The notes below the pieces were generated by a model. It was not told the DNA's origin, did no database searches, and saw only the letters and a program-made list of their open reading frames with translations. The translations under genes and the position numbers were made by a program. DNA of 59,404 nt from Kudoa neothunni (Eukaryota > Animalia > Cnidaria), in contig OZ199840.1 in assembly GCA_964304625.1 (NCBI GenBank), positions 8,287,053 to 8,346,456 on the forward strand, written 5' to 3'. Positions 42,299-54,583 of the stretch are shown here, in pieces (position 1 is the first letter of the stretch; each line of letters opens with the position of its first letter).

Positions 42299-43994
42299 AT
42301 TCAGTTCGCCTACTTACGGGTATGATGCTAATCTAGATTATATTTTTGTTGATCGGTTGTGTTTAATATTTCTTATTACATCTCAACTATAATTTAAAAT
42401 GATAAATGTTTTTGATCTCAACTTTTGAAAGGTATTTTTGAAGAGGAATCAGCCAAATCAATATTTTTTACATCAGAAACGAGTTCTGCCGAGGATTTGC
42501 CAAGGAAAACTTAGAGGGCATTTGTTAATACATTCAGAATGACTTGCTGATACTCTGTACTTTCTATAAAAGAATAAGAATTGTCAAATTAAATTTTTTA
42601 CTTTTGATGAATATGTTCGGAGTTTTAACGGATTTGTTGTATATACCTCTCTAACGAAAATTCCCAATCTTAAAATCAGTCATTTAATAAAAATATTAAT
42701 TTACAATATAAATTTACATTATTTTAATTTTACTCTCTTTGTATTCGTATATACTTTCATTTTTCTATAATCTTATTACCTTTAATCAGTTAAAAATATA
42801 CAACAAAGTTTCATGAGAATTCGTTTAAGGTAGATTGGCTACAACATTAAACACTGGAAGTCATGACAGATTAAGAGTTTGCTGTTTTTAATTTTGGAAT
42901 ATTAATTAAAAATTTTTAATAATATTTTTTACTATAAATTTTATATTACATTGTTACACTTTTTTGCATTCTTGGCTAAATAAAATGTTTATTATTATTA
43001 AGAGATGTTGTTTACATTTAATATAAGTTTCGAATAAAAATATAAGTAGAAAATTATTAGAAGACTAAGGATATGAATCTATCTAAATTGTGTTGAATAA
43101 CATGACTCGATTTATTAAGTTAAAATATCATATATGTAATGTAACATGAGAAAATTAAGTTTTGAAGCAATTTAATGTTATTATGAGATCATTCTTGTAT
43201 ATAAAAATATTTTTGGCTTTATTGAAACGGAGTAAAAGAAGAATCACCGAGCACATTATTTTGATCGTTTTAAAGGGTTCTTCATCAGATTTTTCAAATT
43301 TGAAATAATGTTATGTAACATAGAATATTTAAAAACACACATTTATGTGTGTTTATTTGGATTATTATTTGACACTCGTACGTACGCCCAAAAAATCACA
43401 CTACTGCATAAACTGGGTCCATTGAACCCCAAGTGTACGTACAAATGTTAATGGGCCCTCATAAACACCACTCTATAGATATCAGAAATGACATTAAGTT
43501 GTCCGAATTTTAATTTTCACTAAATAGAACTAAATTAAGTCATCGAAAATTTTCCTTTCGTACTAAATTTTTTGATATCGCTACAAAGAATTATAATTTC
43601 AAAACTTTTACTAAAAATAATTTAGTAATTACATATGAATGACAAATAGTGTTTTATTATAATTTTTAGCAAGGTTATTATCTCATAACTAATTCTAATG
43701 TATTTTGGATTTTATGATTTCGTTTTTTTTGTAAAATAAACTGAATTAACTATTCAATTATTATTTAGAAACAAAGTAATTATGAACCCCCGAACAATTT
43801 AATTAAAAAAGAATTGCAAAATATTAAAATGTCTACTTATAAATAATAATTTATTGTAACTAATAATGATTTATTTATTATTAAAAATAAATATTTGAAT
43901 TTTATTCGCTAAAAGAATTCTTAAGTAAATATTATGATTAATCTGATTAGATCCGAGCGACTAATAACTAATCGGTTTCTAAGTATCAAACCCG

Positions 43995-44360
43995 ATGAGA
44001 GAACTGTTAGAAGAAAACTTTAACCAATCCTTATTGGAGATTCAATCTGCAGCCAAAGAAGCACAAACATTTTTAATGAAAAATGATGAGGTAAACTTGT
44101 GATCGAAATTTTTAATCAATTACTATTAGGTGATATTGAAAAATCTTGATGTGTACGATAAAATAGAAATTAAAAATAAGATTCTTGAAGATATTGATAT
44201 TTTGGAGAATATTCAACTACATTACGATGACATAACCTCCCAAAAGTGGGACATATCCTTCGAGCATATCAACCATTTGTGTAATATGGTTCAAATGATT
44301 CATGAAAAACTGGATATGATCGATAAGATCATCAAATTTTTGTATAATAATAACAACTAG
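43995..44360 (+). CDS. Small predicted coiled-coil protein (2 exons), unassigned
   Basis: ATG 43995 MRELLEENFNQSLLEIQ...; GT-AG intron 44091-44129; in frame to stop at 44360; heptad pattern. Confidence 0.5.
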
Positions 44361-44854
44361 ACTCAAACACAATATCATTGAGTTTCTATTTTGTTATTAT
44401 TTTTTTCCAAATATCAACAATTACGATTCCAACTTTAAATTCTTTATAAAGTGATCCTACGTAGAAACAGATAATCAACTATTATTCCATGTTTCTAGTC
44501 TTATGTTGAGAACTCCATTAATGTTAAAATAATGATATTTGCTTTCAAAGAATAAAATTAAATATCTGATAAAACTTATCCCTATCTCAAATGGACTGGT
44601 CTTTATTTTCACATTTATTTCAAATTTTTTAGTGCGTATTCTAGTATTACACTTATTTTAATTATTTTTTACTCGTTTTTAAACCAATAAAAATTACAAT
44701 AATATTTCATATCTATTTTGGATCAACTATTTAAAATAGAGCATAGTGGAGGTGAATTTTTTCTCTAGCTCATTTTAATTTTAAATGAGTATTTGGTAGG
44801 AATGGGTTGATATTTTGCATTGTCTTGAAAAAACAGAATAATTATCATCTAACT

Positions 44855-47578
44855 CAATGGTAGGCACAACTTTTAGGGATGTGGGCCATATCAACGCACT
44901 ACAGAAGCTTGGAGGGCCGCATTGTTGACTCCTCGTTTTTTTGATAATTTAAGTACCTGTTGATGGCTTTTCTAACATTTTTGGTACAATAAAAATAGTA
45001 AATACATAAATTAATTTAAAAATTCTCCCAATTAGTAAAACTTAATAAGGAATTAAATGGATTTTTTAAATATAGAAATTTTGTGAATGGCATACTATTG
45101 TAAGCTGCGATTAAAAAAATAGGCTTTTTACTTAATAAACTTTAATTTTAACTGAAGTTATGAAAGGTTAATAATATTCGTTAAGTAAACATGGAATATT
45201 TAAACAATGACTCTGATAGAATTATTTCGTATTTATTTTAAACATAGCATTCAATATAATATATTCTCTAAAAGAGGTCTAAGTTATAAATATGAATATA
45301 ATAAAATTAACCAAAAAATTACATTTATGATAGTTCAGATTAGATCAAATTTATTGTGACCTAAATATCACCAACGCGTAGAAGAAATTTTCTTAAAATT
45401 TATTACGAAATATTTCAATTCCGATGTATAATATAAATAACTTTAAATTACAAAAATCGTAATTTTTGGTAATTATCAATGTAATATTCATGTGTTTTAA
45501 GGTTTTGTATAATGATTTTTCAGAGGAAAAATTCAAACCAAAAAAGTTATCATAAATTGTTATATATTACCCTTAGTTATTTCTTTCAATTTCACTTATT
45601 TATACCAATACATAAAAGAAATATTTATCATAAGATTTTAACACTGAATTGACTGATGTTGCTTTTATAAGTTTCAAAGTATTTTGAGACCGTTTGTTCT
45701 TTATTGCTATCGTTAGTTTTCTCACGGAATTCCCTATGTTTCATTTGGTGCTGCCACTTCAAGTTATATTCCTTTAATACAGGAACTGATTCGAGACAGA
45801 GCCAACAAACCGCGTTATTCATTCAATGTGTGATAAAATATTTTTGAGTCCAATTATCATTAAAATCACGGTTTTCATCATTAATTATACGCCTTCAGGG
45901 GGAATTTATGTTAAATGGTACAAGCATGTGATGTCAACAAACGACGATTAATAAGGGTAGTTTGAGCGTATTATCACTTAAGAAAATTAAGAAGATAAAT
46001 AGAAAATCATGCCTACATTAAGCCGATAAATTTTGATACATCTCTATTATAAACCTTTATAGTTAAAAATCTAAGGATATCTAAAAATTATACAATTACA
46101 TCGACTTTATGCCTTTTAAAATATAGTAATAATTAATTTTTTCGTTAATGCATCCTTTGTAATGAAAGATATGATAATAGTTCATATTGCGTTAAACTTA
46201 TAATTTAGATACGAGTATTGCAGGCTCATGTTTTTTAACATTTAGTTAATTTTGGATTCTTTTGTCCTAAATTGAATCTCAAGTGCCAGTTTTTTCAAAA
46301 TTTGTCTACCTATTATTTTGTTTTAAGCGCGTATTAGACCTTACTTTAATCACTATTAGAGGGATGGCCAAACCGTGGCTCATGAAAAATTTTGTATGAG
46401 TTTGATTTTTTTTAAGTCAACCAGCACGATAATTCAGAGAAGTACAACGTTCAAATTGTTTAATCATGTGAAGAAATTAAATCTTTAATCGCAAACTAGA
46501 TAATATTTTTGATAACTCAATATAGTTACAAACTACCATATAGTTTAATATTTGATGCAAACTAGAATTACAACTAGTTTTATTAGGAAATACAATTAGA
46601 ACTAATGTTTATCCATTACCAAAGTGATAGATATCGAAAGAATAAAACACGCGTTAAAGCTTTAAAGTTGATTCATAATTGCAACTCACCAAGCGAATTT
46701 CGGAAATACGTTCCAGAAATTAAATATTCAAAATTAAAAGAAAGTTGGTTCAAACTTGTTTCTATCCTTGGAACAACTTACTGTTGTGAGTTTATTTATT
46801 CAACAATGGAGTTTGTAAAGTCGAAGCATCGCGGATCCCTCCCTCACAAACACCTGGAGGAACTAATTCGTACAGCGTTAACAGCGTACGAACCGGATTA
46901 CAGTCAGCTCATTGATAATATGGAAACAGAAAACTTGCTACATTAGAAAAAATTTATAAACAATTTTCTTCGAAAGAACCAAATTCTTTTGTTATTACTT
47001 TATTCGTAAATATTTTATTTTATTTTTTGTCAGACTATCAAACATGAAAACTACTTGAACTTTTGCGACCCTTTTTAATAGAGAAAAAATGTCTTGGGTC
47101 ATTAACTATTAAATTACTTTTTTGGAAAAACCATCACAAATTATACCTGTAAAATTATATGTATGTTTTCCAGCGATTAATTGGTTAAGGAAAAAAATTA
47201 ATCAACCTTTATTTATAATTCTACAACATCTTATCTTAATATTTAACAAAAATATTCTAAAAATGTAAGTTTTAAATAAGGAAGAGGTACATAAATGTTT
47301 TTAATATCTTGTGGCTTTTGGAATTTGAGCAACCTTAAAGTTGGCTCTCGATCTGGGCAAATCTGGCCACCTTTGCACTATTACATTCGATAATAGTACG
47401 CTGGGTGCAAGCGTAAATAAAATATCAAATCAGATTATTGAATCATGTAGAATTAACGTTTGTGAATATAAAATATTTGTCAACGAGTTATTTTTTTAAT
47501 TAGTTTAAAGAAGAAAAACGCTATTTTGGTGTTTTAGCCTTCTAGGCTCGTCCGCGGGCCACACTTTTCCCACCAATG
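44855..47578 (-). mobile_element. hAT (Charlie/Buster/GTF2IRD2-like) element remnant
   Basis: Imperfect TIRs CAATGGTAGGCA / CATTGGTGGGAA; flanks ATCTAACT and GTATAACT. N-terminal transposase fragment ENRDFNDNWTQKYF...AVCWLCLESVPVLKEYNL..H..KH at 45628-45890. Confidence 0.6.
46359..47375 (+). mobile_element. Nested hAT element carrying a transposase C-terminal fragment
   Basis: Perfect 8-bp TSD CACTATTA (46351-46358, 47376-47383); termini GAGGGATGGCCA / TGGCCACCTTTG; ORF 46605-46946 LGTTYCCE..YSTM..VKSKHR..L...HL (hAT dimerisation domain). Confidence 0.85.
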
Positions 47579-48449
47579 GTATAACTCAACAAATAAACAA
47601 CAATACCACGCAATAAACAACTTTCGCATATTAGCGAGTCTCATATATGATTGAAAATATTTTTAATTTTCAAATACGTTAACATGTTGGTAAATTAATA
47701 TCACAATGAAGGACTTATTTTTATATTAGGAATTCTTTGAAATGATAATTACAGAATATCAAATCTAGACTGTAAGTGACCAGAAAGAAATTGGTTTACT
47801 GCACACGTGTATAGTTCGTTCACAGTCGCTAAACTAAAACGGGTGTTGGCGTGGACTTGCAATCCCTGCTTCTACATTCGTCCTATCTAAACTTAATTTT
47901 ATAGGATAAAAATATTTTATTCGTTTCTTCACGAGATATATTTTCATGAGTCGTAATCATACCTTGCTAATCTCAGGTAAATGATTCTATTTTGTGCGAA
48001 ATTAAAGACTGGTTCATCATTCATGACTTGATGAGCTGTTTCATGCTTTGTTTAGTCTTTAATTTTTGAAAAAGTATAAAAAATATGTCAATAAATCCAA
48101 TCACCGGAGATTTTTTATTAATTAGTAACTTTTTTTTGTATTTATTGACTAATATCCTTCTTTTTGTATTTATTAATTAGCGTCCTTTTGCAATCCTGGG
48201 ATTCTTTTATTTGAGCGAAACCTTCTAACTCATCAACGTTTTACTTTAAAGGTAGATAAAACATGAATTTTTTAAATATATTTTCCGTCACACGATGTGT
48301 TTGGAATATGCAATGTAATTGTTATTCATAATGTCAGAAATCTTGTATACCATTTTTTACTATATAACGGACTGCAGTCGCGAAAATTCCAACAAAAATA
48401 CGACATATAATCTAGATCAAATACATGTTCATTATTCCTTCGATAATTG

Positions 48450-49300
48450 AACCAAGTTCAAGTCCCTTATATCTTTTACGAAAAATATAATCTGATATAG
48501 AATCATATATGGGGTTTTCATTTTTATTCGTTATGTTTTGATGTTTTCTTTTAAAGCCATCCCAAGTAGTATCTATTTGTTAGTGTACACCCCAATTCTA
48601 GAGACATATGGTCACGTATGACGGTCTATGCCATATTAAAAGCTAAGATCGCTGAGACGATTGTTCTTATCTATTCCTCAGTCTAAATAATAGAATTTCC
48701 GCTGATGTTGTGAAAAATAACGCTTTCAGAGACAGAACTTGATCTTATTTTCGTCGGTTTGAAGAAACCTTCATCTTTATCATCGATTCCATCGAAGATT
48801 AAACTATATTTGATTTTTTAGTAGTTTCTCGACATTATATTTCCGTTTTTTATGATAATCTTATAATGGAGAACTACATTTTTTCTCAAATTAGTTTTTT
48901 TAAAATAATTTTAAAAGTAATAATATTTCTTACAAACTAATTTGACTCTCATATCGTTATTGTGATAACATTTATACATTTTTTTTCTTAAATGATCTTA
49001 ATAAGTTGTATCTTTTTATCGAAGAATGCAAAAAATTTTCTACATTGACAGCCTCGAACGTTTAAATATGTTTTTTCAAACAATTGGGACATCGCAAAAA
49101 ATAAATCTTGCGACGTTAGTTGGTAATTCTATGCATCATTGTCCCATGTGTGCACTTATTCGCGAAGGAATGAGGCCGAGATTTTGAAACGTTTTTATTA
49201 TATACATGGTATCGGATTTAATATAAACATAATCCATCGTATTGATTGAATCTATGTACTCTAAAGCAAAATCTCTTCCAAGTTTCCATTTTCTGAACAG
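48450..49300 (-). pseudogene. Decayed Merlin/ISXO2-like (IS1595-related) transposase
   Basis: Fragments FQNLGLIP...LRCPNC (Zn ribbon), LIFDGIDDKDEGFF..IRS, HNISGNSII*TEE* and GVYTN..DTTWDGFKRK in Merlin motif order. Confidence 0.55.
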
Positions 49301-49799
49301 TTAAGGAAAGGTTGCAAGCGCACTCCTGTTATGTAAAGTTAGTCATCATGGGTATTTCAACAACAAAATAAATTAAAGCAAACACTTGACCATGAGTTGA
49401 CCTAGTTGACCTTAAAACAATAAATTTGCTGTCTAAGTGGAATGTGCTTTCCAATTTAAAACAGTAAACTGTATAGATATTAGTCTAATGTTTAGATTTT
49501 TTCTTAATAATTTTTCGGAATATATAGCGGTTTCATTTTGGTGTAGTTCAAAATTTGATCTATATTGCGATATCCTATGTTATTTATTTTTCAATTAAAA
49601 ATATGTTCCCACTGAGGTCGTTAGTATTTTTGAACGCATATTTCACTATTGCTTTAAAAAAATATCTCAGCCAACTGCACCTAGAGCACACAAAAATTTT
49701 TCTTTTCCTTTTAAGTTTTGGAATATAAAGTATTAAATCTTCAAGAATTTAGGCAATTTTTTACATAAAAATTTTTCCAGAATTATTATTTTATTCATT

Positions 49800-50140
49800 C
49801 GGCTCCAAATCTTAGTGATTATTACATGAAGGGAAGTATCGAAAGTTTTTATTTTCGTTTGCAACTTCCGTAGCGTCCATTTGCCGCCATCCAACATCAA
49901 CTTATGTCGACACGTAACAAATGAAACTTAATTTTCAGCATCTCGATGCTATCGGTACCGACAATACTCATCATCTATATTTACGCCAATGCTAACAATC
50001 GGTGACCTTTATTCTCGTTTCCTCATATGGCACAAAATACAGCGACATGTCTTTAGGAAAAGGTGGCGACGCATAAACTTCTAACTAGCGCCGTTAGAAT
50101 CGCCACAAAAAAGTTCACGTAGGTGGCTGCAAAAACGAAA
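49800..50140 (-). mobile_element. Decayed 5' end of an older relative of the tRNA-Phe-inserted retrotransposon
   Basis: Translates with frameshifts and stops to MSLYFVPY..KGHRLLAL..EY..RH...KWTLRKLQTKIKTFDTSLHVIITKI, versus the element N-terminus MSLYFLAY..KGHRLPTL..EY..RH...KSSLKKLRTKLKTAETSLQVVLCKF. Shares the 21-nt 5'UTR hairpin. Confidence 0.8.
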
Positions 50141-50142
50141 AA

Positions 50143-50178
50143 TGTCGAAACCCGGGATCGAACCAGGGACCTTTAGAT
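50143..50178 (-). pseudogene. 3' half of tRNA-Phe (from nt 38 to the discriminator); downstream copy of the target duplication
   Basis: ATCTAAAGGTCCCTGGTTCGATCCCGGGTTTCGACA identical to 57334-57369; abuts the retrotransposon 3'UTR. Confidence 0.95.
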
Positions 50179-50234
50179 TAATTATACAACAATTGACTAC
50201 ATGAGAAATTGTTTTTTTTATCTAATTAAATTGT

Positions 50235-53200
50235 TTATAGGTGGTTGGATGGATGGATTATTGGGTGACTGGGTGGACTTGTTCGCCAATTGGTTGTAGA
50301 TGTAGATGCCGAGGTGGTAGGTTTAACGTGTCTGTTGTAGATCAAACGAGACGCGTTAAGGGTGGATGAAGTGATGGAGTAGAGAAGGCGGGTCTTTCTC
50401 ATCTTCTTCAGCTTCAGGGCGATATATACCTCATTGTTTTGGGGGTGGTGGCTGCCGAGCGATCCGTAGGTAAGTGCGTAGAGGTCACATTGGTAACCTT
50501 TCTGCTGGAGTTCCATTTTTTCACGTGTATATTTGGTCATTTTCCTACCTTTGACTTCACTCATGCGAGACGCACATTGTTCATAGCAAATTGCTATTTT
50601 AATGATTATCACCTCACGAGTTTCTTCATTGATAAGGACAATGTCCGGCTTACGCATCGACGAAATCATGGGGACTTGCTTACCTAAACGTATGGACCAT
50701 TGCGAAGGGAGCTTGATGCTGTCTGCAACTAGTTGCATGATATCATCATGGCGTTTCACAATGCCAGCGTTTCCAAATTGGCAGCCGTTCAGGACATGAC
50801 CAAGAGATTCCGAGTCGCAATTGCAACGTCGGCATCTCATGTCAGGGGCCATCTTAGCTTTCTTCAGCACATATCTCACTGGTAGCACGTTGATTCTGCC
50901 CTTCACCGCAAATTTGAAAGTAGCTATGCTCATATCGCATTTACGGATCCACGCATTACTCACCGGCGACCAGCTAAAGCAATCCACAGATCGACCTTGG
51001 TCTTTCTGCGAACGCCACATGTGCCACCAAACTTGATTGCAGTGCCAGCGAAGACGTCTGGTTCTTGTAATCGAGACAGTTTGATGAGGACGAAGATGGG
51101 AGGGTTCGTGTAAACTTTCACGATTAAGTTCAACTAGCGTCGGTTTATCGGAATCATCAATAAGGTGAACACCGAGAGCTTTTCTATTAATTCTGATGGA
51201 AGATAACAAGCTTCTGATGTCACGCGTATGGGTTGATTCTCGATCTTGGTTGAGGTAGTCGACAGGAGATGTTGCACTGGATGGATTGGTTCGATGTCGG
51301 ACGATTTCTTTCAACGCATTGCCAGCAATGGTTTGAATTCTCTCGTCCCTTGAATTGAGGATATCCAGTCCAGCTGCAAGACGAAGGCAAGCGTAGTCTT
51401 TATGCAGATAGCGGAGGCCGAGGCCACCCATTGATACTGGCACATAGAACATTGCCTTTGTCGATGACTTTGGTAGTTGGAGCCATGCTCTCACGTTTGA
51501 GGCAATGAGAACATCAATTTTCTTTATGTCTTCAATTCGAAGACAGGCCGTTTTCATTGTGTACTCCAATAGAGGAAAGAGATACACACGCAATAGCTCC
51601 AGCTTCTGGAAAGGGAACAAGGGTGATATTGATACCAACCTTAGCTTTGCTTGGAAGTTAGCAAAGGCAGGCGGAAGTTGCTTGAAGGATTGCAAGTTAC
51701 TTGTAGTGCCAAGGTATTTGTAAAAGTCGACCAGCAACGGAATATTTTGTCCACATACTTGTAGAGGTGGGTCCTCAGGATTGTTGACGACACGGCGGTT
51801 GCGTTGATAACACACAAGTAAGCTTGCACATTTGGAGTGGTTGATGACCAAGTGGTTATTCTGAACAAATTCTTCAAGCTTTAAAAGGAGCTGATTCATC
51901 TGCTCAGGTTTCTGGCTTATAAGAACGATATCATCAGCATATGCTAATGCACCAATCTTTTCGCCACAAAGTTGATAGCCAAGAGGGGAATCGTCGATTT
52001 CTTGAAGGAAGGGATCGATGATAGCGTTGAATAGAAGCGGAGACAAGGGACATCCTTGTCTCACACCTTTTCCGTTTAGAGGAATGTGTTCGATAGCGCC
52101 AGAGCGGTCACGAGCCACATTGTAGCAGTTGGAATACAGATTGGCTATCAGTTGTTGAATGGATGGGGGGACACGATGTTTTTTCATTTGGTCGAATAGT
52201 TGTTGGTGAGGGACGGAGTCGAAAGCACTCTTCAAGTCAATCCAAGCCACTTGGAGCTTCTTTCTGGTGCGTCGACTGTCATCAAGTATTTCTTGAAGTG
52301 AAAAACTATGCTCCACACAGCCGTCTCCTTCAAGAAAACCTTTCTGGGATGGAGATAGTTTTACAATGGCACAAAGTTTTCGGTTGAGGACAGACATGAA
52401 GAGTCTGTAGATGGTTTGGGTGATGGAAATGGGTCTGTAGTCGCCTACAGCCCGAGGGTTGGGATTTTGCTTCTTTGGAAGCAAAACCAGTCTTGACTCG
52501 CGCCATGAATCTGGAATAAAGTTGGATTGAACTATTCGATTGAAGAGGGGTTGCAGAACAAACTCCACATTTGGGAGTTGTTTCCAAAAAGACATCTGGA
52601 TCCCATCCGTTCCCGGAGTGGTATCTTTACGAGCTTTTTGAACAGCGAGAGCCACCTCTTCTGGTGTAATGAAAAAGTCGGAGTAGTGGTTACCAGAGTT
52701 GTATATATCATCATCACGGACGGTGGTATCTTCAACGGCGATGGTAACATTTGATGTGGTGGTTGGACTAGAGGATGAAAAGTGGCTGGAGATATCTTTC
52801 GCAGACGCTTCACACCATACAGGAGCGGGTTCCGTTATCTCACGGAAGCAGCGCTTTTGATTAGTCCGGTAGAGTCCTCTCAGTCTCTTTGTTTGCTCTT
52901 GGTTCAATTTGTCGACTGGAGGCGGAGGATCTTTCACTGGAATAGGTCCACTTGGAATAATGTAGAATTGGTTGAGAGATTGAGACGCCATGGTAGCTTG
53001 TTCAATAAAGTTATTAAAGACAGTGTCCATGGGGAGATCGTTTTGAGTGGAGAGCAATCGAAGGAGGGCAGTTGATGTGTTCTTCTTCAATTGTTCTCGT
53101 TCCACCTTGTTCATTCTTCTATTGGAGGGTGTAGTGTTATTCTCGCTAGCTGATGATGAATTTGGCACGAGGTTTGTGATTAGAAGAGAAGGGACTCTCA

Positions 53201-53718
53201 TACCATTTTCGATTTCAGCTTGCGGGATTTCCGCAGGTACAGATGTAGGGAGAACAACATTGGGGTCTTCATGAAAGTTTGGGGTAGAATTATCTTGAGA
53301 GAAGTTGTGATTTCGCGCGTCGGCAACAAAATCATCAACTTCTTGTGAAGTTGTGTTGTGTATAAGGGAGAAAAAAGTGGCTACATTTGTGGCACAATGG
53401 GAATCGAATTTACTCGTCTTTTGGGATCTTTGCGACGTAGCAGGGCTATCAATCGAGTCAAAAGTGATGGGAAAGAAAGTAAATTGATTTTCATCTTCGG
53501 ATTCAGATGAAACTGTGCCGCCAAAGGTTACAGTTCTCGTTGGAGAAGCAGTAGAACTGCATCTTCTTTTCTTAGGGGTCATAATAGAATCTTCTGGAAT
53601 GACAGTTGACAAACATTCACCCGCATGATGTTCATCAATTGTGAAATGAGGATCATCAGAAGATTCAGCCTGAACACGTCTGGATGGTCGAGCAAGCACG
53701 AAAAAGTTCTTCTTAGCA
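50235..53718 (-). CDS. RT-endonuclease ORF, C-terminal part (RT, CCHC knuckle, PD-(D/E)xK-like endonuclease)
   Basis: PGTDG, YRPIS, QKGF, WIDLKSAFDSV, GVRQGCPLSPLLFN, YADD, YKYLG, CRRC..ESLGHVLNGC, RHD, RKPDIV. Confidence 0.95.
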
Positions 53719-53723
53719 TCAAG

Positions 53724-53852
53724 TGTTATACGCAGAGTATTAACTTTGTAGTGTTTTTACCCTTCTATAAAAAGGGTTATTACGATATCGATTGGGTCCG
53801 TAAATAAGTGTTTCTATGGCGTGTCCTGAACAGAATTCGAACGACATTAACA
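53724..53852 (+). repeat. 5' LTR (129 bp)
   Basis: TGTTATACG...ATTAACA identical to 56256-56384; contains TATAAAA inside the inverted repeat ACCCTT/AAGGGT. Confidence 0.96.
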
Positions 53853-54583
53853 ATGGCGCAGTGAGCAGGATCGCGAGGCCGCAACTATATGATGGAAAGA
53901 GCTGTCCAAAAAATTGGTTCAGAAGATTTGAGCTTTCCGTGAGAAGACAAAACTTGAATGTTGTCTTATATAGTTCTGAGTTGTTGCTATCATTGGATGA
54001 TAACGTTTGGACGATGGTTTCATCAGTGGGTCTGGATGAAAATACGCCATATGAACAAATTAAAGTTTACATCATGGAACGATTTGGCCAAGAGATTGAT
54101 CATTATGATGCAATGAAATGTTTTGTGAATCGGATGCAGCGAGAAGATGAGAATGTGCAACAATTCGCGGAAAACCTGATAGCACTCGGGCGGAAGTGCT
54201 ATACAACCATGCACACAAGTGAATTTGATCGAGTGATATGTAACCAATTCATCAGAGGACTTCGTTCTGAAGATTCTAAGAAGTTTTTGTTACTTGGGAA
54301 CATGACTAATGTTCATGATGCCCTTAGAGCCGCTAAACGACTTGAAAGTCTGGATGGATCATCAAATGTCATGGTTAATTCTGAAAAAAAAGAACGTTTG
54401 CTTGCTTTAAAAACGGATATTAAGAGCTCGAGTGTTTCGGAAAGAATTCGTGAGCTAGAGGAGGCCATAAAGTCATTGAGACTGAATGTGGAAAATGTGA
54501 GTCCTCCGCGGAAAAATATATCAAAAGGTTGGAATGGAAAGAATAGAAGATGTTTCAGAAAAAGTTATGGGATATTCAAGTAG
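53816..54583 (+). CDS. Gag (truncated at the start of the zinc knuckle)
   Basis: PQLYDG...WFRRFE, QREDENVQQFAENL..L..KC, QFIRGL; ends RRCF and then runs out of frame. Confidence 0.85.
   Translation: MACPEQNSNDINNGAVSRIARPQLYDGKSCPKNWFRRFELSVRRQNLNVVLYSSELLLSLDDNVWTMVSSVGLDENTPYEQIKVYIMERFGQEIDHYDAMKCFVNRMQREDENVQQFAENLIALGRKCYTTMHTSEFDRVICNQFIRGLRSEDSKKFLLLGNMTNVHDALRAAKRLESLDGSSNVMVNSEKKERLLALKTDIKSSSVSERIRELEEAIKSLRLNVENVSPPRKNISKGWNGKNRRCFRKSYGIFK
53854..53871 (+). other. Primer-binding site, complementary to the 3' end of a tRNA-Ser
   Basis: TGGCGCAGTGAGCAGGAT; reverse complement ATCCTGCTCACTGCGCCA resembles eukaryotic tRNA-Ser 3' ends plus CCA. Confidence 0.75.

Noticed and set aside
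50235-53699. RT as a bacterial retron, group II intron, DGR or CRISPR-associated RT
   Set aside because: The C-terminal CCHC, RHD and KPD endonuclease motifs and the eukaryotic intron-rich context identify an RLE non-LTR retrotransposon.
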